Source of the DNA: an uncultured Candidatus Binatia bacterium
GTDB lineage: Bacteria; Desulfobacterota; Binatia; Bin18
Assembly: GCA_965214605.1 (NCBI GenBank)
Contig: OZ243961.1
Location: 2,048,001-2,112,000, forward strand
DNA: 64,000 nt
Direction: 5' to 3'
Shown here: one piece after another, positions 20,601 to 29,564 of the stretch
How positions within the stretch are numbered: the stretch's first letter is position 1
How the letters are laid out: the number at the start of each line of letters is the position of its first letter
Program-made: the position numbers and the translations under genes
Notes under the pieces: model-generated
Databases searched by the model: none
Told to the model about the DNA's origin: nothing
What the model saw: the letters and a program-made list of their open reading frames with translations, nothing else

Positions 20601-21083
20601 AACGTCCGTCAACTAGGCGGCGATCACCGCTTGGAAGCCTTCATCGTCCGACTTGGGCAGTTTCAGGGCAGCAATGAAGAGATGGAGAGCCTAGCCAGTA
20701 TGGCGACCAATAAGCCGGCCCGAAACTGGGTGGACGCTGATATTGACCGGGCAGCGGTTGAGTTGGCGCAAATGGCGCAGCAATTCATTCGCGCGGAAGT
20801 CTTCGCCCATGTCAAGGGACGGCCGGACAAACGACACGCCATGGCCGTAGTGGTGAGTATGGACGGCCGACCGACACCGGTCCATGACGAGTTTGACATC
20901 ACCGACCTGGAACGGGGAAAGGTAGACACACTGATCGACCAGGTAGATGCCGCTCTCAATCACAGCGGCGAAAAACGGCGGAACATCATCCTGGCCGCTC
21001 TGGCCGAGCTGAGCGCCCGGTATCTCAGGGCTGCAGCGGATACCCCGGCCAAGAGCCTGGGCAAGAAGTGGGAGGCGTCGTGA
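17685..21083 (+). CDS. sspC: Large ATPase (SspC-like)
   Basis: Walker A GPYGSGKS, Walker B VFIDEMGKFLE, WPLHP and GQNQRSIFGFL; lies between the DUF4007 and PAPS reductase genes. Confidence 0.8.
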   Translation: MALVDRVHIARRFQRAIRIDTDLADSAALQGFICPPSSANILKTMARHVAENGQGAFTWTGPYGSGKSSLAVAFSALLNGDDALRDYAASVLGERTAAAVWDALPTRNKGWRVLPVVGRRDRPAQVLGEAIAAAGLLAGKAPPPPPNSGSEQHTLECLQNLAARYPRASGGLLVFIDEMGKFLEAAAYDGTDIYFFQQLAELASRSNKRLIVVGILHQAFEEYAHRLAHEMRDEWAKIQGRFVDLAVNISGDEQIALLSRAIKSDRGPEKPSPLAEGVAALRRQTSPPLAQILEDCWPLHPIVACLLGPLSRRRFGQNQRSIFGFLNSTEPQGFRDFLRSAGDSDLYAPDRLWDYLRINLESSILSSPDGHRWALAADVLERCEAVGGEELHLRLLKAIALVDLLKDRSGLVANLDLLKHALPDCGSEEIGQALAKLQDQALIIFRKFNNAYAVFEGSDFDIEHAVEQALTTISEVDFARLNALADLQPIVAKRHYHATGTLRWFDVALLPLVAVEQAAANYTPQHGAVGVFFLAIPTQGEGDQKIEHICRRALEGSQDWDIVVGLPQDAWDITSLARELLALEQVSDETPELQGDQVARREVEARIVLLQGRLESELTRASNNALWYRRHHRAEPLTRAELNSLASELADARFKKSPRLHNELLNRSKPSRNGAAARNTLLRRMVLNEGEARLGIEGFPAEGGLFASLLEATGLYRRTVQGWTFVAPTANDEDTRNLGPAWQAATKLLENNADRTVSAAEVYDTWRRAPFGIKDGLLPVLMVAFILSHRRDLAFYRQGIFQARMSDLDMDYLVKDPADIQLRWMDLSDASRRLLSDMAAIVRELDEENALTNLEPIDVARGLVAIYDRLPPWVSRTQQLSANAKQVRQLFKQANDPNKLIFDDIPNLLGGGTAIHEGDALCRIVEQVREGLRELRDAYPSRLYRLRETLLAELEVPNASPPMLAELHDRAENVRQLGGDHRLEAFIVRLGQFQGSNEEMESLASMATNKPARNWVDADIDRAAVELAQMAQQFIRAEVFAHVKGRPDKRHAMAVVVSMDGRPTPVHDEFDITDLERGKVDTLIDQVDAALNHSGEKRRNIILAALAELSARYLRAAADTPAKSLGKKWEAS
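18108..18122 (+). repeat. C15 homopolymer inside sspC
   Basis: GGCT-CCCCCCCCCCCCCCC-AATT, currently in frame (PPPPP). Confidence 0.9.
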
Positions 21084-21094
21084 GGAGGGCGGAG

Positions 21095-21922
21095 ATGGAA
21101 CGGCATGTGCTCGGACTGTCCGGCGGGCGCGACAGCGCAGCGCTCGCGGTCTACATGCGGGAGAATCATCCTGAGCTGGCTATTGACTACTTTTTTACCG
21201 ATACTGGCAAGGAGCTGCCGGAGGTATACGAGTTCCTGGTCAAGCTCGAAGGCTTCCTGGGCAAACCCATCCTACGCTTGAACCCGGATCGGGATTTCGA
21301 CTTCTGGCTCAAGCAGTACAACAACTTTCTGCCCTCACCGCAGACACGCTGGTGTACGCGCCAACTCAAACTTCGGCCGTTCGAGCAGTGGATTCGGCCC
21401 TTCTTGGACGACGGAGATCGCGTCTACAGCTATGTGGCTATCCGCGCGGACGAGGAATACCGCGAGGGCTATGCCTCAAAGCACGCTCACCTTACGGTGC
21501 GGCTACCCTTCAAGGAGGCTGGTATCGACAAATCGGGTGTCCTGGAGATTTTGGAGGGTACGGGCCTCGGCTTGCCCGAGTACTACGAATGGCGGACCCG
21601 TAGCGGCTGCACGTTTTGCTTCTTCCAACAAAAGATTGAGTGGGTGCGGCTGAGAGAGCGCCATCCGGACTACTTTGAGGAAGCCAAGGCGTATGAGAAA
21701 GACGCGGTCGAGCACGGCTCGCCTTTCACCTGGAGCCAAGGTGAATCGTTGGAGGAGCTTTCCAAACCCGAGCGTATGAGGCAGATCAGAGCGGACCACG
21801 AACGGCGGGTTGCTCGTATGCGGTCCAAGGTTCGGCCTAATCCGCTCAGGCCGGATAGTGAGCCTTTGGATATTGATGATCTTTACGGTCAGGCAAAGGT
21901 TTGTCTTGCATGCCACAAATGA
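21095..21922 (+). CDS. sspD: PAPS-reductase family protein (SspD-like)
   Basis: PP-loop LSGGRDS, RWCT, RSGCTFCFFQ and C-terminal CLACHK. Confidence 0.85.
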   Translation: MERHVLGLSGGRDSAALAVYMRENHPELAIDYFFTDTGKELPEVYEFLVKLEGFLGKPILRLNPDRDFDFWLKQYNNFLPSPQTRWCTRQLKLRPFEQWIRPFLDDGDRVYSYVAIRADEEYREGYASKHAHLTVRLPFKEAGIDKSGVLEILEGTGLGLPEYYEWRTRSGCTFCFFQQKIEWVRLRERHPDYFEEAKAYEKDAVEHGSPFTWSQGESLEELSKPERMRQIRADHERRVARMRSKVRPNPLRPDSEPLDIDDLYGQAKVCLACHK

Positions 21923-24051
21923 CAAGATTGACCCCATCTTCAGCAACCGAAAAATCCTCGAACGCTGCACAATTGGCTCCCTGGGGCCGCTCCCCAACGC
22001 CTCTCCTGCCGTGTTGGTATCGTGAGATGCTCTCCGAGTTCCGGCTCCCTAAAGCAGTGAGGAGGGCCAATTCAGCGGTTGCGACAGTCGGCGAGCTCAA
22101 TACGTTCTGGAAGGAAGCACGGTCACCGCTTGACCATAAGGGCCTCCTTTCTCTGGTGGAGCTTGTTGGCCGCCATCGTCCTCCGCAGGACTATGTCGTC
22201 ATTCCTGCAGAGATTGATCACCGTGAGATCGCCCAGTATCCGCTGCGGACACGAACGGCCAATATCCTCCGCCGAGAGGGCTTGCTTGAGGGGCATAGCG
22301 TCCTCTCGGTGGGTGAATTGCTGTCACTTAGGGGCTTCGGTATTCTCTCTCTCCTGGATATCATGTGCGTTGCTGAACTCGCGCTGACAGGACGAGTCTC
22401 ACCGTTTGCCGCCCCTAGAGCTGAGAGCATCGACGGTGAAGAACCAAGCCCGCAGTTTGCCACCCCTAGAGCTGAGAGCATCGACGGCGAAGAACCAAAG
22501 CCGGAGACGAGTGCTTGGAGCAGTGCAGTCGAATTATTTAAGCCGCTGCTCGCCGCTGCCCGCGAGTTCTACGGAGCTGGAACCGTGGGCGATGCATTGC
22601 GCTTGGACCTCTCTGGGCTCGCCGCAACGATCGGAGTTGCGCCGGCTCTCGAGTCCCTCCCAATCCAGGATCTGACAACTCGCCGCATATCCAACACTGT
22701 GACCGAACGGCTTGCATCGCTGCTGGCATCAATGTCGGCAACGCGGAAGCTGATTCTCGAACAGCGAATCTTCGTGCCCAGTCCCCGTACGCTCCAGGAG
22801 CTGGCAGAACAGATCGGAGTCACAAGAGAACGTGTAAGGCAGCTCGAGGTACGAGTGTTGGACACCGTCGAGGACGCTGTTGGATCCGAGATCAGCATTC
22901 TCGCAACCCTCCTTATCGAGCAGCTAGATCCTCTCATCACATCTGCCGAATTCGAACGTTTGGTCGCCGATGTGTTCGCCGATGGCTCGCCGATGGAACC
23001 AGCGAGCCATCTAGCCTGTCGGATGCTCAAATCCCGGCTCAATTACTCGTGTGCCGCTGGTATCTGTTTCAACGAGGCTGCAACTGCCGTCGTTGCGGCA
23101 CTACGGGAGAGGGCTGGCGAGGTTGCCGACGATGTGGGCCTGATTGACGAGGAAGCCTTGTGTGATCCTTTCCTAGAAGAGTGGAACGGCTACATTTCGC
23201 AACTTATTGAGCTATGTGAGCTTCATAGGATCGGGGGTCGTCTCGCGCTAAGAGACACCAGTAAAGCACGAGTCAAAGCTGCGCTTCTCAATATTGGACA
23301 AGCAGCTACAAAAGAGGAGATAGCGGCAGTCTGCGGGCTTGATCCTCCCCGGGTCGGCGGCCACCTTTCCGTGATCCCTACAGTGGTCAGGGTGGACAAG
23401 ACCCGTTGGGGGCTCGCCGAATGGACCGACGACGCATACCAAGGCATCCCGGCCGAGATCATTCAGCGGATCAACGAAGACGGAGGGACCACCCCTCTTC
23501 AGAGGCTCCTTGATGAGCTGCCGAGACTATTCCAAGTGAAGGAATCCAGCGTCCGAGCTTATGTCGGTGCGCCACAGTTCACACTCTCCGACGGTTACGT
23601 CAGTTTAGCCAACGAGTCGTCAATCACCCTCCGCGATCTCGACGATGTCATCGATGGTCGTGACGCGTCCGGTAACCCATATTGGACGTTTCTCGTTGAG
23701 AACCGTTACCTTGATGGACATAGTCTTGTGGGCTTCCCGCCGGAGCTGGCCCGGGAACTTGGCTGTGAGCCCAACGATAAGACACAGGCACTCGTGACCT
23801 ATCCGGAAGGCAGCAGCGCACTGTCTGTTGTCTGGCGGCTCGCTTCGCTTACGGGTGCCAGCCTGGGACATCTCGCTGATCCGCTCCGACGACTCGGGGT
23901 GAGCGGTGGAGATCGCGTTTGCCTGGTCATCAAAGGTCCTGGTGTCATCGACCTGCGCCGGGAGAGCATAACGGTGTCGGTGGAGGAAAGCTCCGACACG
24001 GCGGCGGATTCTTTGCTTGCACGCATGAAGAACCGCCGGAGGGTGATATAA
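21919..24051 (+). CDS. RNA polymerase alpha-CTD-like and sigma70 region-4-like multidomain protein
   Basis: PLRTRTANILRREG...VGELLSLRGFGILSLLDI (alpha-CTD-type HhH) and RTLQELAEQIGVTRERVRQLE (sigma-4 HTH). ATGA overlap with the sspD stop. Confidence 0.7.
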   Translation: MTRLTPSSATEKSSNAAQLAPWGRSPTPLLPCWYREMLSEFRLPKAVRRANSAVATVGELNTFWKEARSPLDHKGLLSLVELVGRHRPPQDYVVIPAEIDHREIAQYPLRTRTANILRREGLLEGHSVLSVGELLSLRGFGILSLLDIMCVAELALTGRVSPFAAPRAESIDGEEPSPQFATPRAESIDGEEPKPETSAWSSAVELFKPLLAAAREFYGAGTVGDALRLDLSGLAATIGVAPALESLPIQDLTTRRISNTVTERLASLLASMSATRKLILEQRIFVPSPRTLQELAEQIGVTRERVRQLEVRVLDTVEDAVGSEISILATLLIEQLDPLITSAEFERLVADVFADGSPMEPASHLACRMLKSRLNYSCAAGICFNEAATAVVAALRERAGEVADDVGLIDEEALCDPFLEEWNGYISQLIELCELHRIGGRLALRDTSKARVKAALLNIGQAATKEEIAAVCGLDPPRVGGHLSVIPTVVRVDKTRWGLAEWTDDAYQGIPAEIIQRINEDGGTTPLQRLLDELPRLFQVKESSVRAYVGAPQFTLSDGYVSLANESSITLRDLDDVIDGRDASGNPYWTFLVENRYLDGHSLVGFPPELARELGCEPNDKTQALVTYPEGSSALSVVWRLASLTGASLGHLADPLRRLGVSGGDRVCLVIKGPGVIDLRRESITVSVEESSDTAADSLLARMKNRRRVI
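22404..22498 (+). repeat. 51-bp tandem duplication
   Basis: FA(A/T)PRAESIDGEEP is encoded twice, with units starting at 22404 and 22455. Confidence 0.9.
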
Positions 24052-24052
24052 C

Positions 24053-26302
24053 GTGCTCGCCGACGAACCTACACTTCGCCCAGGGCTTTATCGGTTACCT
24101 GACCATCCAGTCGGACCGAGCGTTTTCATCCCTGCGTTTCGATCCGCCACATCCATCCGGGGTGCGTTTGGCTGGTTCACGTCCGGCTGGATAGCAAGAC
24201 TAGCTCCTGGGCTTGCCGAGTACCTCAATCGCCACGATACAACGCCAATTGACTTCACCGTTGCACCGGCTCTCTTCGCCGCAGAGCGAGCAGTCATCGA
24301 ACAGGCTTATAGCATGTCGGAAGAAGAGGCAGCACGACGGGTCGCTGACGTGTTCGTTGACGGCCGAGTTAAGGCCTCAGCACTTGGTCGCCACGCTTTG
24401 GATTGCCTGGCCTGGATGGTTGCCACTAGACGGCTGCATCTTCGCATCGCCGTCCCAAAGGCAGCAGCAAACTACCATCCCAAGATTTGGCTATTTGACG
24501 ATGGCACCCACCAAGTCCTTGCTCGCGGCTCCGGCAATGCTACCGGGCGTGGGGTCGCCTCCGGTGTCGAACACCTCGATGTTGATGTCACATGGTTCGA
24601 CTACAGTCGCGCTCGTGTTCGAGACGGCGTTGAAATCCTCAACGATTGGGCACAAGGACGTAGCGACGGAATTGAGCGCGTAGTCGAACTCCCTGAAGCC
24701 CTGGAACAGAACATCGTTTACACCGCTCCAGAGATCGCACCGAGTCAAGCCGATTACATCAGGGCAGCGAGCGAGGACGGGAACCCGGCGTGGGCGGTCG
24801 ATCGGACCGAATCGTTACGGAAACGGTTTGCGCCAATGCGCTCTGCAGAACTCCCTCGCCTAACGATTCCCAGGGGATTAGAGTGGCAACAGGGTCCCTA
24901 CGCCCATCAAAACGAGGCGGTTACGGCCTGGGAATCAGATCCAAATCCCGAACAGGGTACGATCTCCATGGCAACTGGAGCAGGCAAGACGCTCACGGCA
25001 CTGATATGCGCTACTCGTGTACAAGATCGCCTCTCTGATAAGCCCCTACTCATTATTATCTCGGCACCATCCATCCCGCTCGTCGTTCAGTGGCGAGAGG
25101 AGGTTAAGAGATTCGGAATTCATGCCACTGTCCCGAGCCTCGAACCTAACACCGACTTCGCTATAACCAACCTGTTTCGAGGTCTCGTCTCAGGCGGAAC
25201 CCATATAGCAATCGTAACCAATAACCTCCTCTGCTCGCCGGCATTTCAATCCACCGTGGCGCTCAAGATCAGACGCGCCAACTCTTCGGTCCAGACAATG
25301 TTCATCGCTGACGAGGCCCACACACTCGGCGCAGACGGATTCATCTCGAACAAGCCGGACTTCTTCGAGCGACGACTTGCCCTTTCAGCTACCCCCGAAC
25401 GTCAGCACGATCCTGACGGTACCGAAGAGATATTCGATTTCTTCGGGCCACCAGTCTACGAGTTTGGACTCGAACGAGCCATTGGATTCTGCCTAGCTCC
25501 ATATAACTACTACGTCCACGCCGCCACTCTCGATGGCGACGAGCTGGACGAGTTCGAGGCCCTCACTGGCCGGATTGGAGCAGCTTTTGGTCGAGACCTC
25601 GACGATGACGACGATACCCTAACTAGCTTGCTGATCGCGAGGAGAAGGATCATCGAAACTGCCCAAGCCAAGCTGTTACTCCTCCGGACAGTGCTCGAAC
25701 AACGCGGCCCACGTTCGCTGGAACAGACGCTGATCTACGCCTCCGCCAAGAATCCTGAGCAATTCGATAACATTGCCGCGACGCTTACCGATCTCGACAT
25801 TAGGTGGGCTCCCGTCACCCAAGATACAACTGCCAACCGACCATTACTCGCTCAGACCCTTGAGACATTTAGTGAGGGTGGCTACCAGGTCCTGTTAGCC
25901 AAGAAAGTCCTTGATGAGGGCATCGATATCCCTAGCATCAGGGAAGCATTCATTGTTGCTTCATCCACAGTTAAACGAGAATGGGTCCAGCGACGAGGCC
26001 GCGTGCTCCGACGCCATCCCGAAAAGCCCTGGGCGATCATTCACGACTTCCTCGCGCTACCACCGACACAAATGCTCCAACCTGAGGAAGAGACAAACAT
26101 GAAGAAGATCATCCGGGTCGAGTTGGACCGCGCCTACTCCTTCGCTGCACATGCGAGGAACGCTGTTGGTGATGAAGGAGTGCTCTCCGATCTCCAGAGG
26201 ATTAGAACCGCCTACTGGCCCGAGGAAGAACGTTCGCCGATCCTGCGGCAAGCCGGTGACAGCATCATCGCTGCTGCAACGCCACGAGGAAAACCATGGT
26301 AA
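24053..26302 (+). CDS. PLD-nuclease/SF2 helicase fusion (PbeA-like)
   Basis: N-terminal YHPKIWLFDD...GSGNAT (HxK/GSxN); helicase motifs ATGAGKT, DEAH, SAT, DEGIDIP and QRRGRVLR. Confidence 0.8.
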   Translation: MLADEPTLRPGLYRLPDHPVGPSVFIPAFRSATSIRGAFGWFTSGWIARLAPGLAEYLNRHDTTPIDFTVAPALFAAERAVIEQAYSMSEEEAARRVADVFVDGRVKASALGRHALDCLAWMVATRRLHLRIAVPKAAANYHPKIWLFDDGTHQVLARGSGNATGRGVASGVEHLDVDVTWFDYSRARVRDGVEILNDWAQGRSDGIERVVELPEALEQNIVYTAPEIAPSQADYIRAASEDGNPAWAVDRTESLRKRFAPMRSAELPRLTIPRGLEWQQGPYAHQNEAVTAWESDPNPEQGTISMATGAGKTLTALICATRVQDRLSDKPLLIIISAPSIPLVVQWREEVKRFGIHATVPSLEPNTDFAITNLFRGLVSGGTHIAIVTNNLLCSPAFQSTVALKIRRANSSVQTMFIADEAHTLGADGFISNKPDFFERRLALSATPERQHDPDGTEEIFDFFGPPVYEFGLERAIGFCLAPYNYYVHAATLDGDELDEFEALTGRIGAAFGRDLDDDDDTLTSLLIARRRIIETAQAKLLLLRTVLEQRGPRSLEQTLIYASAKNPEQFDNIAATLTDLDIRWAPVTQDTTANRPLLAQTLETFSEGGYQVLLAKKVLDEGIDIPSIREAFIVASSTVKREWVQRRGRVLRRHPEKPWAIIHDFLALPPTQMLQPEEETNMKKIIRVELDRAYSFAAHARNAVGDEGVLSDLQRIRTAYWPEEERSPILRQAGDSIIAAATPRGKPW

Positions 26303-26517
26303 ACAATTACGATCGTATCTACGCCGAAATTGAGAAGGAAGCACTGCGTTCTTCTCAGGAGCAGAACATTGACTCGGATGTGCTTGTTCGCTTAGTCATG
26401 GAAATCGTGAACCTTGAGGACCAGCACCACACCAAGAATGTTTCGCGCATCAAACAACGCATCGAACAGATGATCCTCACCACAGCGAGGGACCAAATGA
26501 TGCGCGAGGGATTGTAG
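26296..26517 (+). CDS. Small helical protein associated with the CxC ATPase (PbeB-like)
   Basis: 73 aa; overlaps the helicase stop and sits 2 bp before the ATPase. Confidence 0.65.
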   Translation: MVNNYDRIYAEIEKEALRSSQEQNIDSDVLVRLVMEIVNLEDQHHTKNVSRIKQRIEQMILTTARDQMMREGL

Positions 26518-26519
26518 CG

Positions 26520-28754
26520 ATGTTGAGATTCTGTCGAATTGAGATCAACAACTTCGTCTGCTTCAAAGACATCGTGATCGAACCCTCCATCGATCCAGAG
26601 AGACGACTCACTGTACTAAGAGCGGAAAACGGTTCGGGAAAAACTACTCTTCTCCGCGCGCTCCGATGGGGTATGTATGGCGAAAAGGGCCTACCCGGAG
26701 ATTCGACTCGGTTCTCACTCCACCCTTCCTGGTGGCACCCCAACGGCGACGGTATCAAGACAGAGGTTAAGATTGAGTTCGAGACCGACGGCTCCACCCG
26801 GTACTCCACAGAGGGCAGCCCCATCACCACCGTCTATCATCTCGTACGGTCTGTCACTACGATTGGCAGGCCGACAGCCAAGGATGATGAACCCGACTTC
26901 CGCCGTCTCAACGAACATACACAACTAATGGTCAAGGAGAGTGGTGGGACATGGACTCGACATACTGTGGGAGTTGACATCGTCGTCGAACAGCTTCTCC
27001 CGTGGAATCTCCGCGATTTCTTCGTGATGGATGCTGACGAAGCGACTGACTTCGTCGGCGGCGGCGAGAACAAGGTCATGAACCGTCAGGACGTTATCGA
27101 CAAGACAACCGCAGCCGTGCACAGCCTTCTAGGTCTCGATGTCTTCAAGAAGGCATCGGAGCGGGTGACGGCTCTCGCCCGATCATTCGGTTCGCAGGCC
27201 ACAAAAGCTATTGGCGACACAGACCTTGACGCGCTCTGGGCGGAGCTTGAGCAGCTCAGGGCGGAGGAGGCTGACCTCACGAAGAAGATCGTGGAACAGC
27301 AAACCCAGAAGAGAGAGCTAGAAGACCAGCTGCGACGGCGGCAGGACGCCCTCGAAACCGAACTCAAAGGCATTGGTGCCGCCGAGGAGCTGAGGAGCCG
27401 CCTCACAGCGAACCGAGATCGGTCTGCGCAAGCCACTAAGGCACGGAAAGCTACGCTCAGCCACCTGGCCGGCACCCTCGAATCGACCGATCTTCTCGCC
27501 TCGCTCGCGCGTAGCGAGCTCGCCACGGCCTACCGCCTCCTGCGGCCGCTCTATGAACAAGGCCACATTCCCCTCACACATCTCAACTTCGTACGAGACC
27601 TCCTCGAATCCGGCACTTGCGTTTGCGGTCAAGACCTCTCCAACGATGACGTGCCTCGCCGACATGTGGAAGAGCGGATTGCTGAATCCGCAACACAGGA
27701 GGACCGCGCCAACTACCTCGGTCAGCTCCACGATGCGGCGAAGTCTCTTAGGGACCAAGCGGTGGCCCCACAATGGGAAACGCGGAGCCGACGACTCGCG
27801 GCGGACCTCGCTGAGATCGATAAGGAGATCGCCAATCTCGCGCTTGAAAAGCGAGATATCGACAACAAACTCGACGCCCTTGATGCAGATAAAATAGAGA
27901 TCATCCGCGACGAAATCGAGGCGCTAAAGACCCAAGTGGGGAGCCTGCAAAGCACCATCGCCATCAACCAGAGTCGGCATCCAGCCCTCCTCAGCACCAT
28001 CGATTCCCACCAGAAGCAGATCGACCAGCGGCACCGTAACGAACGAGCTGCTGCTGACAAACGGGCGGCGGAGGGCATGGCGCATCTCGTCGTCACAATC
28101 CTTGAACAGGCCTACGGTACTATCCAGGCAGAACAGGTCGGCGATCTCTCTCAGCGAATGAATCGCCTCTTCACTCAGATGGCAGCAAACGTCTCGGACG
28201 AAGACTACGAAGAGATACCACGCGACAAGGCGACGCTCAAAATGATCGCCGAAGTCGGCCTTCGGCCTGTCGACGACAAGTCCGACAACTACGAGATCTA
28301 CGCGTTCAACCGCCGAGGCCGTTCCATGCCTCCAACCGAGATCAATGGTGCTTCCCGCCGAGTGCTCGCATTGTCATTCGTGCTCGCGCTGTGCGCTGAG
28401 TCTCGGACTCATGCCCCCTTGATTGCAGACTCGCTACTCAACTTCATGTCAGGCACGGTACGACGCAACACGCTCCGTATCACCGCAGAGAATTCCAACC
28501 AACCGATCCTTCTGCTGACCGGAGCTGACCTCCAAGCGCCGTCAGAAGCTGAGCTTGTGTCTCGGTACGCCGGCGCTACCTACACTCTCACCGGCCAGTG
28601 GGATGCAATCGCTGCTGGTTCAGGAGGAGACGTCGTGCACTGGACCGAACAACGTCCGGTGTCACTCGTTTGCCCATGCGGACCCCGTCAATATTGCGAT
28701 ATCTGCGAACGGACCGGACAAGCTGAGTTACCGGGATGGAGCAGGAGGACCTAG
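26520..28754 (+). CDS. SMC/Rad50-like ABC ATPase with CxC zinc hook (PbeC/DndD-like)
   Basis: Walker A AENGSGKTT, long coiled coils, central CVCG hook, Walker B LIADS and a C-terminal CPC...CDIC. Confidence 0.8.
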   Translation: MLRFCRIEINNFVCFKDIVIEPSIDPERRLTVLRAENGSGKTTLLRALRWGMYGEKGLPGDSTRFSLHPSWWHPNGDGIKTEVKIEFETDGSTRYSTEGSPITTVYHLVRSVTTIGRPTAKDDEPDFRRLNEHTQLMVKESGGTWTRHTVGVDIVVEQLLPWNLRDFFVMDADEATDFVGGGENKVMNRQDVIDKTTAAVHSLLGLDVFKKASERVTALARSFGSQATKAIGDTDLDALWAELEQLRAEEADLTKKIVEQQTQKRELEDQLRRRQDALETELKGIGAAEELRSRLTANRDRSAQATKARKATLSHLAGTLESTDLLASLARSELATAYRLLRPLYEQGHIPLTHLNFVRDLLESGTCVCGQDLSNDDVPRRHVEERIAESATQEDRANYLGQLHDAAKSLRDQAVAPQWETRSRRLAADLAEIDKEIANLALEKRDIDNKLDALDADKIEIIRDEIEALKTQVGSLQSTIAINQSRHPALLSTIDSHQKQIDQRHRNERAAADKRAAEGMAHLVVTILEQAYGTIQAEQVGDLSQRMNRLFTQMAANVSDEDYEEIPRDKATLKMIAEVGLRPVDDKSDNYEIYAFNRRGRSMPPTEINGASRRVLALSFVLALCAESRTHAPLIADSLLNFMSGTVRRNTLRITAENSNQPILLLTGADLQAPSEAELVSRYAGATYTLTGQWDAIAAGSGGDVVHWTEQRPVSLVCPCGPRQYCDICERTGQAELPGWSRRT

Positions 28755-28766
28755 AGGCAAGAGTCC

Positions 28767-29252
28767 ATGAACTACTTCACCACTTTATTGTCTTCTCAAA
28801 CCCACACCCTTCGCTTTCCGAGCCAGGATAAGGACGCCATCGAACGGTACGTGCTCCAGCATCAGAAAGGGACTGTTAGCCAGGAGCACGCTCCCTTCCG
28901 GCGCCAGGTGGACTTCTGGGCTTTCGCTATTGCCACCGCTCTCGCGCGTAGAGTACCGCCGCTCAAAAAACCCTCTAGTCGCTGGGGACGGAAGTTCGCC
29001 GACACCAGATCCGTACAGATGCCGGATGGGCTGTGCGAAATGCTCGCCGTCATCGCTCTGACCACGCTGGGCCACGATCATGAAGGTATAGACGACCCCT
29101 CGCAGATCATTGAGCTGGGCAACCGGCTCGCAGGGGCTGGATGTCCAGCACTCCTCAAGCAGCTTAGCAACCCGGATCTGCGTACCACCGTTCTCGACAA
29201 AGCCCTGGAGTTCGCAAGGCTTCTACAATCCGAAGCAAACACCGCGGCCTAA
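28767..29252 (+). CDS. Small protein ending the operon (PbeD/DndE-like)
   Basis: 161 aa with PFRRQVDFWAFA; position matches the last gene of CxC-ATPase modules. Confidence 0.55.
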   Translation: MNYFTTLLSSQTHTLRFPSQDKDAIERYVLQHQKGTVSQEHAPFRRQVDFWAFAIATALARRVPPLKKPSSRWGRKFADTRSVQMPDGLCEMLAVIALTTLGHDHEGIDDPSQIIELGNRLAGAGCPALLKQLSNPDLRTTVLDKALEFARLLQSEANTAA

Positions 29253-29564
29253 CAACAGCGTCAGTGAGCCGCCTGATCCAAGTCCGCCGGCGGGCATGGC
29301 GTAAATGCCTGTTTTTCGGTGAGGGGCTCAGTATGGACCAGCGCGATTACGGCCGCCTACGGCCCTGTAGAGCAGGCGGTTTTCGTCGGCATAGTCGAAA
29401 ACGGCCGGTTGAGACCCGTTCTGGGCCAGGCTGCCCCCCTTCCGCCTCCCTCCAGGACCAGCGTTCCTCTTCGCGCTGACTGCACCCGGCCGCGCCCGGC
29501 TGTCCACTGCGTTCTGACTTCGCATTGGCTCCACGATCTCTCTGCTGACCGCGACGCGGCGCTC

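Noticed and set aside
16732-21922. BREX type 4 assignment
   Set aside because: No PglZ or BrxL is present, DUF4007 and PAPS reductase are separate genes, and a cysteine desulfurase is adjacent, which fits Ssp.
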